Shown: positions 27,591 to 41,104, counted from the whole stretch's first letter. The stretch: DNA of 61,724 bases, filler included, from Choristocarpus tenellus KU-1152 (GCA_964200185.2; 11 parts of 11 records of this genome joined end to end with filler, not necessarily neighbours in it), one strand, 5' to 3'. Notes: a model not told the origin generated them from the sequence alone. Numbers and translations: made by a program.

Positions 27591-28427
27591 GTGAGACTTG
27601 CACAGGTGTCAGGTGAAGAAAACGTTGCTGGGGAGGTGACGGTGTTCAGTTTTCTTAGCTGTTGCTGTATCTTGACTTTGGAATTTTGATCAAGTGATTA
27701 AACTTGCAGATGAGGTTGATTTTGGATAAGAGAACATGTCTTCCCACAGTTTAGTTCCAGTGCATCTGAACTTGTGTTCTAGTTGGAAAAGGATGTACAA
27801 AGGAGATGATAATGCGATGCTCCAATAACAGGTGTGATGTTGTCTCTTGCTTGTGGCTTTGGTTACATAATTTTGATTTCAAAGTAATAAGGAGCGGGAC
27901 TATGTGCTGACTCCCACAGACTTCTAAAAAATGCATTATTCAGTCAAAATGTTTGTTTTCAAGTACCTCTTGACATGCTTTTTTGGCACTTTTACCACTC
28001 TTGTGCAACATTTTTCAGTGTAATTATTATCATTATTATTATTATTATTTTTTTTGGGAAGACTCTTTTAGCATGTCGTAGTGGGGGCACCTCTGCGGAA
28101 TTCGTGGGTTTGTGAATGCAGTAAATTAATCAAGAAGTTCCATGCCCCTTGCAGTGACTATCAGGAAATGTGTGTCCCCATTGTCATGGCCCCTATTCCT
28201 GTTGATGTTCCCGATCTAGGGGAGGGGGGGGGGGGGGGGGGGGGGAAGAAAGCCGGGGGCACCGTCCCCACAAAAAAAAAAAAACGAGAGGGGAACACAC
28301 CACGGCTCCACCCCCCACCCCACAGCANNNNNNNNNNNNNNNNNNNNNNNNNNNNNNNNNNNNNNNNNNNNTTAATTAATTAANNNNNNNNNNNNNNNNN
28401 NNNNNNNNNNNNNNNNNNNNNNNNNNN

Positions 28428-31250
28428 ATTGTTCCATTACTCCACACATATTTTACCGTAACTGTCCGATAGAGTTGGAAGAGTCTAATCGAACACTTCC
28501 CTGTATGGGGTTGAAGGATCCAGCTCCACACACGAGTCCTTCTCAGACAAAGTCTTGGTTTTAGATCCAGGCAGATCATATTCTTTGATGATCCTGAATC
28601 GTTTCACTACCTGTCCACGTAGATTTGCTGATCAAGCTTTAGTGTCTTCCTTTTATGTTTCCGTGTAACATGGCATCCCATATACAATTTCACATCACCC
28701 AAATCCTTTACAGGGAATTCTTTGTTCAGGGCTTCCAGGAACACCCTGCCCTTCTCCTGCAAGTGACTACCCTTCGATATATAATCCACATGTGTGGCTA
28801 TCAGCACTTCCAACACCCCATGGTCCACTAGATGAAGTAAACAGGGGTCAGCCTCATATTGCTCGAAACCTATTATCTTGAAGGTTCCAACTAGTTTAGC
28901 AAATTTTGGACCTTTCTCGGTTCACCATGCCAGAGCTCGTAGGGAGAAATCCAATTCTGATTGGTGAGTGACACACATATTGCTCGGATCCCAAGCATAA
29001 TTCTGAGCTTCAGCCGACAGATTGAGACGACCTTTGAATTCTGGCACAGACCATTGTTGCCAATTGCTTTCTCAACAATTAATCCCAACGCTTTTCTGTG
29101 TCACCATTATATTTCGGGATAAAAGCACCTGTAAACTTCCGGCAGATCCTGTGCTTCCTCAGGACAGTTTGGAAAACAGCACTCACAAATTCTCCACCCT
29201 CATCATTGCGAATACAGCCAATCTGCATTCCACTTGGTGTATCCACGTCCAAGATGAAATCCGCTGGTGCATCTCCAGCACCATTCTTTTTGTTCAGGAA
29301 TCGTATCCATTTCATCTTGGTGTAATCATCGACGAAAATCATGGAATAATATCAACCCTAAAGGCTACCCACTGGCTTAGGTCCACTCAAATCAGTGAAT
29401 ACCTTTAGATTTTTCTTGTTGCCCGAGAATTTGTATGTCGTGGCACTGGAGCACGGTGGGCTTTGGCCTGTGAACAATCAACACATGATTCCCAAGTTCT
29501 AGTGAGGTCAATTCCGTTGGTTATTGCAGTCTCATGTGCCACCTGTTCATTAGGATGGCCAAGGCGTTGGTGAAATTCGTTGATGTTAAACTATTCTTTG
29601 ATGCGACCATTAATCCAGTGCAACCTGATTGAGGTAGAACCCCATACATGTATCCCATGTAAAATCCATTCACGATAGGTATGATGAGATCATCCAGGCT
29701 ATGATTTCCTTAAATTATCATCGAATCTCAGATCTCACATGACCCTGTCACCCTCACGTCTCGTAGATGGTTCTGACAGAGCAGGAGTTGCAGGCTAGTG
29801 TGGGCATCACAGCAACCTTTTTCATGGTCACACTGTACTCTGCATCCTCGTCTGCTGAGAGCAGTACTATCTCGATCCATCTTCATCCAGCAATGTCGTG
29901 TTCCTGTCCATCTCCAACAATCACCTCGTCCCAAGTTTTGTTTTTTTACCAACCTCGTATACCAGTGAAAGAATTTGTCAAGTGACCGCTTGGTCCAGTG
30001 TCAAGAATCCATTCTTCGACATTCAGTGTTTTCTCCACATCGCAGTTTAGCTTGTTGGTCACGACCAGTGCTCCTCCTCTGGGTTGGTGTCTCCCGCCAA
30101 CATTCGTATAATGCGAAACACTATACTGAATGCTCTCGCTTCCATTGGTACCATCATTGTCTCCACCATTCCCGGCACCTCCACCAGCAGTATGACCACG
30201 ATCTCCCGAGTCCCAATGTTGTTCACAGCATGTTTCTGCCGAATGTCCCATCTTCCCATAGATGTCACATTCCTTGTGCCTGCTGGGATATTATTTATTG
30301 CTGTAGTCTCCCATCTTGCCACAGGCGTCGCATTTTATCCGCTCCGACTGCAGTGCCACATTCTTCCTCCTGGCCGTCAAAGCTGCCGTCGTCCTTCCCG
30401 GTTGGACACCTATGTATGTTTCCAACTGGCGAAACCTGTTCACAAGTCCCTATTCTAACTCCGTCCTAGTTAGAATTGGTGCTCTCATTAGCAATGTTTG
30501 TGGCTCAAGTTCGTATTCTTCTGGCAGTCCAGTCAGAATGGTTATGTTCAGTTCTTTTTCGTTGTTTACTTTAACCCAATGTAGTTAGCCTTTTTCCCAG
30601 TCGCCGGGCTTTCAGTATATATGGTTGAGGTTCCTCCTCAGGTCCAACCTTGATGGACCAGAACTCGCCTCAAACCTAAAGTCTCTCATCTGAAGTACAA
30701 GGTTCATAATACTCGACCGGTCCATGGCGTTTCTGGGTCCATTGTGCTCCATCACGATCTCCAGTGCCATTCCCTTATAATTAATGAGAATTGCCATCCT
30801 TCCCCTGTTGTAAATGTCCCACTCATCCACGCTCCCTCGATCTGCTCCTTCCTGCAGATGGTCCAGCTCCCCGATGAACGCGTGCGATGTCCTGGTCGTC
30901 GTTATGAAAGCTCTCGGAAACAAGTTTTCCATGCAATCCACTCTTCGGTCTCACCGTTTCACACAGGTATCTTCAATCTGTACGCCCAATCCCTGCTCCT
31001 CTGCAGGGATTGTGATTGCAATTGCTGTTCCTATTGTTCCAGCTGCCCTATCGCAACCTGCCCTCTTAGCTGGGCCAGTGCATTTGCTATGACCAAAGCC
31101 ACATGCTCCTCTAGCTGCGCCTTGATCCCCACTTGAACAGCTGCCTCGATTTCAGCGGCCATGTCTCGGTCACCCCCTGAAACCATGACATCCTTGACTC
31201 TTCCTTCTGCTGCCTCCTTAAATCAAGCAGTACATGCGCATCCTTTGAGT
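28428..31250 (-). mobile_element. Degenerate Ty1/Copia LTR retrotransposon (gag-protease-integrase-RT) with an internal deletion
   Basis: Gag NGETEEWIAWK; protease EEWILDTG..GHLT; HQRLGHPN; integrase IFVDDYT..WIRFL, IRNDEGGEF, SPYELWHG; RT ADPCL..HVD, KDLGDVKLYMG; integrase precedes RT. Confidence 0.93.
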
Positions 31251-31603
31251 CTGTGGTGCACTATACGGAAGATATCTCGTTTTAAAACGTGTTTGCACAC
31301 TCCCATAGAGCATGGTGCTTTACCACGAAGAAATTATGTGGAATGCGCTATATAAGTTAACAGCGAAGAGTGAGACCTATCCGCAAAGGGGGGAATTAGT
31401 TCCTAGTCTCCATTGTCATGCTTTCACAACGGGATTGATGTATCACTGATAGAAACATTTCCTAAAATGCTTCTTCAACTTTACTTAATTCCAATATTCT
31501 GATCAATCACTAATCTACCGTCTTACATACATTATCTTGAAATGGAAATAATTAATTCGTCATGTGTGTGGAAAGCATGTTTGCCTGTTATTATACTGTT
31601 ATT

Positions 31604-31860
31604 GAGCAAAAGTATCTTAGAGGGTAGGGCCGCGTCCATTTGGGGGCCAAAATCCAATGTTGCGATTTTGATGTAATTTTAACTTCGTGTTTGTTAGCAA
31701 GTGTCAATATCCATGTTCCAGACACATTTTCATAACATATACACTTTACATGGTCCTACACACATTTGAGTACGAAAAATGTCATAAAAGAACCCATGGG
31801 AAGCCAAGCCCCAAATGGACAAACAGGGCAAAACTCGTACCCTCTAAGATACTTTCACTC
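31604..31860 (+). mobile_element. MITE family A, TSD ATT
   Basis: Both TIRs and consensus body present. Confidence 0.95.
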
Positions 31861-32498
31861 ATTGCCGTATGNNNNNNNNNNNNNNNNNNNNNNNNNNNNN
31901 NNNNNNNNNNNNNNNTTAATTAATTAANNNNNNNNNNNNNNNNNNNNNNNNNNNNNNNNNNNNNNNNNNNNGTGTTGGTACTGCTGCTGCCGTGCTGTAA
32001 GCACGCCCTGAAACTGGATCCCCGTTGATGAGAGGGAGCAAATATTTTTTTTTTGTTTGGTGTGCTTTGCAGTCGGTGCCTGGCATTGAATGTTGTGGTG
32101 CTGTTTGGGGTAAGTTTTGTTGTAGCGTGTTACCCCAAAGGTGGTTGTGTTCTCATGTCTGGATGTGGTCAATGCTCGTGGGTTCGAGGAGAAGATTTTC
32201 ACGACGGGCACAGACAACTCGGGTGTACCGTCGCCAGTGCTCTTAGGCCTTCCAATATTCTAGAAAACTGTTGCGTGCACATGCCACACACGTGGGGGCC
32301 GACGCGTCAGTATACGTCGATGACACGAGAATCAGGCATTGATGTACCTCGACACAATACAGGAATGCACTGTGCTGCGCCCGTTGCCATGTAGTGCAGA
32401 AGAGAATAAAAAGTAATAAAAATAAAAGTCTCTAATTGAAACCCTTTTTTTCCCCTTTTTTTTCTTGTTGCGGCTTGGGTTGTACCTTAATTCGACAG

Positions 32499-35220
32499 AA
32501 ATTGTCCGATCCAGGGGACAAAGTTCGGCTCTTGCAGGAGCTCAAGCTGACGCAGATGCTCAAGCAGGTACTTGATTTCGCTGTCTGCATCCCCCCCTTA
32601 CTTGATTTTTTACCCTGTGTTTCTGCATGGAGGAGGTTTTGTGCGCTTTCATTCTTGATCCTAGCTGTCAACTCGAAGCTGTTGGGTTTAGATGAGAGCG
32701 CAGGCAGTGCATAGTGCATTTTTTAGTGGTAATGACACGATTTGCCAATGAGGGGCTATGGCACCTTCACATGTTTGTGCATGGAGAATGATTGTGTACT
32801 GGTCAGGTTGAAAAGACACATTTCTTGTGTGGTTAAGTCTATATCGGAGTACAACCAGGTGCATTTTAATCTCAAATGTGGAATTGATGAGGTAGCACAA
32901 TGGAGGAGGGGGCCACGGGAAGCTAAGGGGGTTGATGCAGGTATAGTTGAACCCAGACAGGTCTCTTAATGTTAAAGTGAGTGCAGGGTATATATTGACA
33001 CCATGGCTTTTAATTATCTGCTGCTGGGGGCTATCTTGAGGGGGGCAGGTGCCCTTATCAGATGAAACTGTCGCCGTAAAGATTGCGGAACTAGTTGATG
33101 CCACTGGGCAGCAGCTCCTGGGTGTCTGGGACAGGATAGAGGAGGCGCTGGAGGCAAGCCCAGCGGCGGCAGGAGTGGGTGGGAATGGCGGTAAGGCGAA
33201 GGAGAATGGGGATAGGTTAGGTTTGGTAGGGGTGGACAAATAGAGCCGTTGCGAAGTGTTGAGATAGGGAGTGAAGGGGGGTGGAACTGGTGCAGGTGTG
33301 TGATGTTGTGGTACTTTCCAGCTGTGCTTTGAAGGTGCACATACAGAATGGGGGATGTGCCTCTTCATTGAGGGAAGGCTTGCATCTTGAGGACAGTGTA
33401 GGTGGGGGTATTCGATTTGTTAGCTTGGGTTTGTTAGTGAGGTGCGCTGTTTGGCGTTGTGCACATGTATGTTGTAGGTAGGCTGGTGGAAGGTTGCGGT
33501 ACTGCGGTGCTAAATGTGAAAAAGTGTATATGCTTGTGCAATGTTCTGTGTACACTCTACCACTATGAGAGACCCTAAGAGCTCCCTCTCCTGTGATGAT
33601 GCAATCTTCATACATATGCAGCAGCGGCTGCCCCCCTTGTAGCTACCGCAGTGGTGGCATCAGGCATGCTGCAGGAAACTCTCCCCATGCTCTGGGCCTG
33701 CTTGTCCCAACCGGACATGGATGTGGCCCAGGCTGTGCTGGGAATGGTTGGAGCTCTTCTCCAGACCCTCAAGCGTCAAATGGTGGCTGATGATCAGGGG
33801 AGTTGTGCAGGTGCTGCTGCTGGAATGGGAGCGGGGGGAGGGAGGGGGGTGGGAGAACTTCTGATTCCGAAAGGGAGTCGATTCCAAGCTATCGAGCATC
33901 TCCCCCAGCTCTTGGCAGCTCTGTATCATCGAATGAAGTGAGTGTGCCATAAGTTTGGAAGGGGGTGGGTGGGGGGGGGATTTCACACTTGCTCTGGTGA
34001 ATGTATGTGTGTTTATTTCATGGGGTGGCTTGATAAATAATGTGATCTGGTGTTGAGGGTGCCATCGCAGGGGCAGTCAGGTGTCACCCTAGTATAAAAG
34101 TTGTGAGCCTTTGGGATGGGACAAGTGGGAGATTTGCAAGGGTGGGGGCTGGTTGATTCTGATTCCTTATGTAGCCAGTGTGTGTTATGCAGTGTGTATA
34201 GACTGTTGTCGTTAACCGCTACTGTAGGGTAACATTTTCATAATCAATGGTATCACAGGTGATGGACCACTCCCATTGAGTTAAACGATGTGGAAGGTAG
34301 ATTCTATTGAACCCTTTTGAAGCTGTAAAACAATTTCCTGAACATATTTAGTTGGGAAGTTAAGTTGACGAAAATGAGTTGACCACAACGCAACGTGGAC
34401 TTTCCTGCGCCTTGTTCCTGAAATGATGCACGCAAGTGCAGACTGTTGAAACACGGGATAAATGTATGTGGCTAAGTGCAACTGCTGCCACTGCAGGTCA
34501 AGTCAAGTCAAGTCAAGCCATGTGCTGTGTTTGTTTGTTGTTGGATGATAGCATGTAACGTAGAAGATCGTCATCTCACAGGTCGTCCTTCCCATCCACA
34601 AAAGCCTTCACTGTCCATCCGGACCTTGCATTCTACAGCTTTTAGCTTCCAAGTGCAGTAAGCCATAGGCACACTACGAAACGACGGCATCACAGTCTCC
34701 AACAGGATGGAGCACTGCAGCAAAGGCCACTAGAGTAATCTCATTAGGATTAAGCAGGCGTGAGATAGGGCCAGGACGCGCCTTCGTCCCAATCAAACCG
34801 CACTGGCTGAACCAAGCAAGCAGGATCCTCGCCGTCCACTCTCACAGCGTACAGACACGATTACAACCTCTTTTTTTCCCCAAATAACGCACCGGTCCGC
34901 ACTCCCCTTCCACGCAAGGTACCCCCCAGACTTCACTTTCGACCCCAGCGATGAGGACGAGGGGGACGAGGAGATGCTTCGTTCACAGCTCCGCAGGCAC
35001 TATGTCAATGCTGTGCGGCAGTCCCCCTCGATCGTGCTGAGCTTCCTCTGCCAGGCCCTCTCCACCCTCCCCACCCCACTGTCCTCGCTGCCCTTTCAGG
35101 ACCTAGAGGTAGCACTCCGAATACTTCACCATTTTGGGGAGGGGTGTGGGGCTGGCGCGAACATTGTGGCTGCGGCTGCCACTGCTGTGTCTCCGTGTTC
35201 AGTGAAGCAGGGGAAGGGGA
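32499..35220 (+). CDS. XPOT: Exportin-T (XPOT/Los1)-like, internal exons (~32499-32567, 33049-33190, ~33622-33937, 34919 onward)
   Basis: DPGDKVRLLQEL; RMKYPPDFTFDPSDEDEGDEEMLRSQLRR; DLEVALRILHHFGEG; helical-repeat character; spliceable. Confidence 0.8.
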
Positions 35221-35434
35221 AGGGGGAACAACAGGGGGAGGGGCGGGGGGGGGGGGGGGGGGGGTGGGGGGGGGGGGGGCGGGGGGAAAGGAGGGGGGGG
35301 GGGGGTGAGGGGGAGAGAGGGGAAGGGGGGGGGGNNNNNNNNNNNNNNNNNNNNNNNNNNNNNNNNNNNNNNNNNNNNTTAATTAATTAANNNNNNNNNN
35401 NNNNNNNNNNNNNNNNNNNNNNNNNNNNNNNNNN

Positions 35435-35502
35435 GTGCGACCAAATCACATCAAAAAAGTGAAAAACGGACGCCGACACCCCCCCCCAAGATACTTTGAC
35501 CC
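35435..35502. mobile_element. MITE family B-like terminal fragment
   Basis: ...CCCCCAAGATACTTTGACCC. Confidence 0.7.
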
Positions 35503-37220
35503 TCATCGATCAGAATTCACTGGTCCTTCATTGCACTATGACACCTCTTCGACACAACCAACCTGCCACCTTACATGAGAACGATTAATTCTATCTCAGG
35601 TTTCAACAAAAAGGGACACCGCGATCTCGAAAAAAACAAAATAATATAGAAAAAAAAATGTCAAAAAGAAGTAGCAGGTTCGATCCAACACAACATATAA
35701 TCAGTGTAAGCGAATATGGATATCCTTTTTCCCTCCTTACCAGCAGCCTCGGGCTGGCAAGAGTAACCTCCAACAGTGGAAATGGCTAATACCTCAGCCT
35801 TTCCTTTCCTTCTCGAGGGGACAGTCTGTGTCTGCGTGGTCCTCGGAAATACCAGCAGCATCCTCTTGAGATTAAACTTTAGTATTATTATTCCTTATTT
35901 CGTGATATTTTCCGTGAATAGGGTGGAACTCGCACCATCCGTCCAATCTTAGGCGGGGCTCAGGTTTGCACTCTCAAACCTATTTCCTACCCCATAATCT
36001 GTAAGAGAACCTACCAGAGTTACGCCGAGTCGTGGCCCAAAATAGCATAGAACAGACTATCAGCGGTATATAATGCCTTTGCAGGTTGTTGGGAGGGCGT
36101 TGCCAATGTACCATGTTCCGACCGCCAGAAATTATGGAGGGCAACGTTCACCAACACCCAGTACCTGAAGTCCACCCTCTCCTCTACTCGCACTAAATGT
36201 TCAACAAGCAATTTACATCAGTATTGGAAGAAAACTCTATCCCTCAATATTAATAATCTATATCTAGTTTCCACAAAGTTAGTCGCTTGAGAGGACGTGA
36301 GAAGCACAGGATTGACAGATCAGGACTACACCTCACACATTTATTGATAAATCTATTGATTAGAATATCATGGCGTATCCATAGAGATTCTATTGGCTGG
36401 TTTTGTGTTGGGGCTCTGATTTGGTTACCCCTTGAGAGATGACGTACCCAATTCTATTCGATGTGGGCAAAGATACTTGGTTCTATACAATATTTGGTGA
36501 TTTTTGGTTTGATTGATGACGAGGAAACACGACATGTGATCAAGAGGACGTGGGAGGACCCTCGGGAAGACTCTTATCCACACACTCTACAAACTCATAT
36601 TGTAATTGTAAAACCGAATGACTCTGGAAGAACCCTCCCTCTCCACCTGCAATAGTTTACTAGAGGTACGTGTTGGACCTGGTCTCCACATTACATTTAA
36701 CTATATATCCCTTTTTTCTGTTTTACTTCTCAACAAATATCTAAGAATGATTATGTACTATTCTATTGTCGGTGTATCTCTTGTACAGCTACTACATTAA
36801 CAACCACTACTACTAATGTTAATGTTAATGTTGTGTATGTATATTGTAGGTTTATGTTGTAAGGAGGACAAATCAAAATAGATCAGAGAAACACTACACG
36901 CACAAAAACACATTTATATATATGATGGAACACTACCCTAACTCTGGAGTTTATTTTTTCAGTCCTTCATAGGTTTGTACACCTAATTCTCGTTCGATTG
37001 TATTCGACTTTACTTGGTAGGGGAGGGAGCATCGCGAGAGTAAGACGCGAATATTCCCCCCCCCGACCTCTGTGCCCTATTAATAGATCCTTGCCTTTGG
37101 TATTTCCGGGGGAAGCTCTCAAGGACCAGGAGCCAAGGAAGGCAGAAGTTGGAAGGTAGCGTTGGAGAAACACTTTATTTGTCGGTGTGAGACAGCTTTG
37201 TCCAGCTGTTCTCTGAGAGG

Positions 37221-39655
37221 ATGCAACAGGGTGACATCGTAGCCGCAATTGACCTAGGGACAAGCCGTACGGCTTACGCCTACACGGTTATAGGGCGGGA
37301 GCATATCTGGCTGGGTGTGCCCGACTCTGCCGACGACGACCGCAATGCAAGTTGAACCGTTTGAGTGGAGTGGGGCAAGTTAGCATTTTGAGTTCTGCAT
37401 AAGAATGTTAGTGTTCCTCCAGGGTAGTGTTTGCTATGACCGTGGAAGTGACTGGTTTTCGTACCTTCTGTAGTGCTCTCGGTCCTTGGGTTGAATGAAA
37501 GAGGACAATGCTGGTTTTCTGATATTTTCTGAACCCCGACGCACCTTTCCCGATTGACCTTCGTTAGGTGGTGGGTACCCGGGGTGGACATTTTTCATGG
37601 TACCACTAGATTGTCCTCTTTGGCATAGCCTTCTATGCTGCTTGTGGCTCACCCCCTTTCCCGTATTTCTGAGTCGAACTCCGCGGTGTTCCTACTTGTG
37701 CTAATCTACATTTTCGACCCCAGCCATGCAACTTCATGTATCCACCACCTCGATCCAGTCAAGTTTTCCTCTAATGACGGATAAAAGCTTAGCTGTAGAC
37801 ACCGCCCCTCAGGTCCAAACTGATTGCCCTGATGCCCCTGTTGTCAATGTATAAATACATCCTCCCTCTTCCACTACGCTCATCTGTTTCCGCACCTGCG
37901 CTGACCCTCCCTCTGCTGCCCTTTTCAGGTGGAGCGTAAAACTCTCACAGCGGTGCTTATGCAACGGGTGTCTGAATCGCGGTCTGACGGGGGCTGGGAG
38001 GTGGTGGGTTTCGGAGACACAGCGGAGGAGGACTACCTAACTGCTAAGGCGGAGGATATGGACGATAATGAAAACTTGGTACTTTTCAAGTTTTTCAAGA
38101 TGGAGCTTTACCAGGGGGGAAGGTGCGTGTGGAAGTGTGACTGCCCTTCAACGTGAGGGGAAGGGGTGTCTTTGGAGAGATGTATTCTGCCTGGATGTCG
38201 TAAGCCTATCAAACCGATTTCAAATCTTCACATCCCATCTTCAGACTTTCCAGATTTCAATCTGTTGATGAAGCTCCACTCTCTGTCAGAACTTCAGCCC
38301 TTGTTGAACAAGATGTATTGGAGTCCGACTTGAGCAAACTCCCCGCAGTACAACCCTGCTTTTGTTATCAGTCTTCATGGCCAGCCCTATCCAATTTCCA
38401 TCAAGGAGTTGAGGAGGAACCCACTCATTGCATGGAGTGCACAGCTCTTGACAGATTCATTTTCGTTGATGTTCAGAATCTGTTGGTACCTTAGGTGTTG
38501 TCATATATATACCTATGTCTGGAGTACAAAAGGCTTGTCTACCTATGTACAAAAACGTTTTGATCACTGTACGAGAATCTTGCTTGAAACCGTTTTTTCT
38601 TGAGTTGTTTTTCTTCCAAGGTGTACGAGTCCATGCAGGAGAATGCCTGTGACCCAATCCATTCCGTGCTGAAGGCGTGCATTCTGGGATAACCTTCTAA
38701 TCATGCGTTTTTTGGCATACAAATGCACATGTAAAGAGCAAGACCCTATTCCATAGATGCTGTGTGTTTTCATACGAAGGTCAATCTCACATATTCAACA
38801 CCTTAGGTTCAAACTGGTCGGGGATGGGGTCCATGGTGGTTTCTGTACTCCTGTGGTAACACCTTGACCAAGATCGGTTGTGGAGATAGGCTCGAGCAAT
38901 GCAGGCGTCAGTACTTGATTTTCTTGTATTCTATGTGTCAGGTTTGTTGTTTTTCTTATTTTTCAAGTTTGAGTACATCGGCAAAGAGAGACTTTTGTTC
39001 ACCTCCATGCATAAAAATAGAACTGGAAAATTCCTTCCCCAGTCAGAACGTCACTTTGACCCTATTCCTCAATCCGTTTGTCGCGGCCTTCGGCCGTCAG
39101 ATGTGAGAACTGTCCGATTTTTCTGAGGGCTGCGTGTGGGATGCCCTAAGCATTGGAAGGTTATCTGAGGGCTGCGGCAGAAGTATGACTTCTTTTCTGT
39201 AAAGCACTATCTATCTTGGGAGACTCGACAGAAAAATGGAAGTAATTTCCAACATTTGGGCACTACTGTACCTGTACAATTTTTCTGTACAAAGATACAA
39301 AACATACATATTTATGTATGTGTCTGTGTATTATGTAGTTGGCACTATTTTTTATTCTTCTTTCACGTTTTTTTTTTCTTCTTCTCTGTGTTCTGTACGG
39401 ATCGACTTCAACATTCAAGACCTTCCGCCTCGCTTCACCTCTGACTTTGTTCCCATCCTCAGGCATTAGACACATGCACACGCACACGCACACGCATACA
39501 CAAACACAAACACACACACACTCACACACTCACACACTCACACGTCTTAAACCAGCAACATTTTAGAGTCATTCTGTTGCAGTCTCAACTTTCGTGGATG
39601 TTTGTGACATCCGGGTGCTGATCCTTCTGTGCGGCTGTGTCCCTTGCATTGATTG

Positions 39656-39696
<41 letters not shown>

Positions 39697-39834
39697 CTGT
39701 GATGAAGGGAGCAACGTGCCCGGATGGATGTGGATGAGCCCACAGCAAAGGCAGTTGGAGGAGAAGTGCTCCCGATGATCTTTGTCGTTAGCAAGGCCAT
39801 TGAGTACATCAAGAACCAAATTCTGGACCGAGTG
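37221..39834 (+). CDS. HSPA12-like atypical Hsp70, 5' part (exons 37221-37346, 37929-38122, 39708-39834)
   Basis: VAAIDLGTSRTAYAY; KTLTAVL...VGFGDTAEEDY...LFKFFKMEL; AVGGEVLPMIFVVSKAIEYIK; first intron needs a GC donor. Confidence 0.85.
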
Positions 39835-39861
39835 GTGAGGCTTTGAAAAATGAGAGAGAGA

Positions 39862-39896
<35 letters not shown>

Positions 39897-40323
39897 GGCC
39901 TCCGGGCCGTTTTTTTTAGAGCTCAGTTTTTTTTTTTTTTGTTTTTNNNNNNNNNNNNNNNNNNNNNNNNNNNNNNNNNNNNNNNNNNNNTTAATTAATT
40001 AANNNNNNNNNNNNNNNNNNNNNNNNNNNNNNNNNNNNNNNNNNNNCTGGGGGAGGGTGGGGGGGGGAGGGGGTATGATACTCAGCGGCCTGGCCTACCT
40101 AGTGCTGAAAGAAAAAACTGTTCACTTCGTCTGTGATTTTGCACACACACATACTACATGGTCACCCGAAACCAAGCATTTGGTTGACAGGGTTGCTAAA
40201 CGCGGGATAACAATCTCAACTTAGGTTGAACAGGAGGACACAGAGAGATCTTCACAACAGCTGTAACCCAACAAGAGGGGGAGTAGAGCGCCACCATCCC
40301 ACCAACGTTGACAACTCCCTCAC

Positions 40324-41038
40324 CTTTTTGTACATTTTGCGGATCTCTGCTAGTGACAATTCTTTTTTCTCGTCTGGCGCTTGATAGCTTCTTCGAGCTC
40401 GTGCTGAAAATATACCTTATCGTACAGCGTGCGCTCAACCACACTCTCGGTCGCGTCGTTGAATGCTATAAGCGTGGCGGTGCAGTGGGCGAACGGGGCA
40501 AGGGGTAGGTGGGAAGGGGTCGCGGGACACACGTGGCAGGCAGTAGTGAGCAACATGTTGCTACTGACAGAAAGACCACGAGGGATAAAAAAGATCAACA
40601 ACGAAAAGATCAACAACGGGCTGACTGATAATGAACCAAACAAAGGAAATACGGCAACAACTTGGTAGATCAGAAGAGTCATCAGGCGATCATGGAACAA
40701 TGACAACACTCAAATTACTTAGTTGCTTAGCTGATTAGGAGAGTCAGGCGATCATGGAACAACGATAACACTCCATCACCCACCATTTGAGATTAGCCTC
40801 TCTTCTGCTTGGTTGAACTCCATGTAGACCTGCATCATGAAAGCGCGTTCGGGATCAAACTCTCTCTTCAACACCGTTATTCTATGGTTTCCGTCCAGTG
40901 TTCGTCCTTGAACGGCAAGCGCAGTGTCAGCGGTGAGCTGGTCCCCGTTGCCTAAGCAGTCTCGTTGGATGATGGTGGACGGAGCAAACTGCTCGAGCCA
41001 GCCTTTTTCACGGATGGACTTGCTGCCGCACGCAAGGC
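40324..41038 (-). pseudogene. Spliced ParB/Sulfiredoxin-like domain gene (exons 41038-40784 and 40465-40324), probably transposon-borne; one frameshift in an A-run
   Basis: Manual translation GLACGSKSIREKGWLEQFAPSTII...RTLDGNHRITVLKREF...VYMEFNQAEERLISN|AFNDATESVVERTLYDKVYF...ELSLAEIRKMYKK; phase-1 GT-AG intron; fits the ParB pattern SI..xG...P..V / DGxHR / xN. Confidence 0.75.
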
Positions 41039-41104
41039 CTGCTGTTTTATTTCATTTGGTCGGTCGGTCCCCAAAGAACTCAGTTTCTCTTTCCGTTGAT
41101 AATT

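Noticed and set aside
35200-35334. Gly-rich extension of exportin-T, and poly-G/C tracts at contig ends
   Set aside because: Low-complexity, probably low-quality sequence at assembly breaks
35880-36800. Solo-LTR-like region (similar impression at ~9130-9610 and ~14640-15120)
   Set aside because: Could not establish TG...CA ends, TSDs or a second copy
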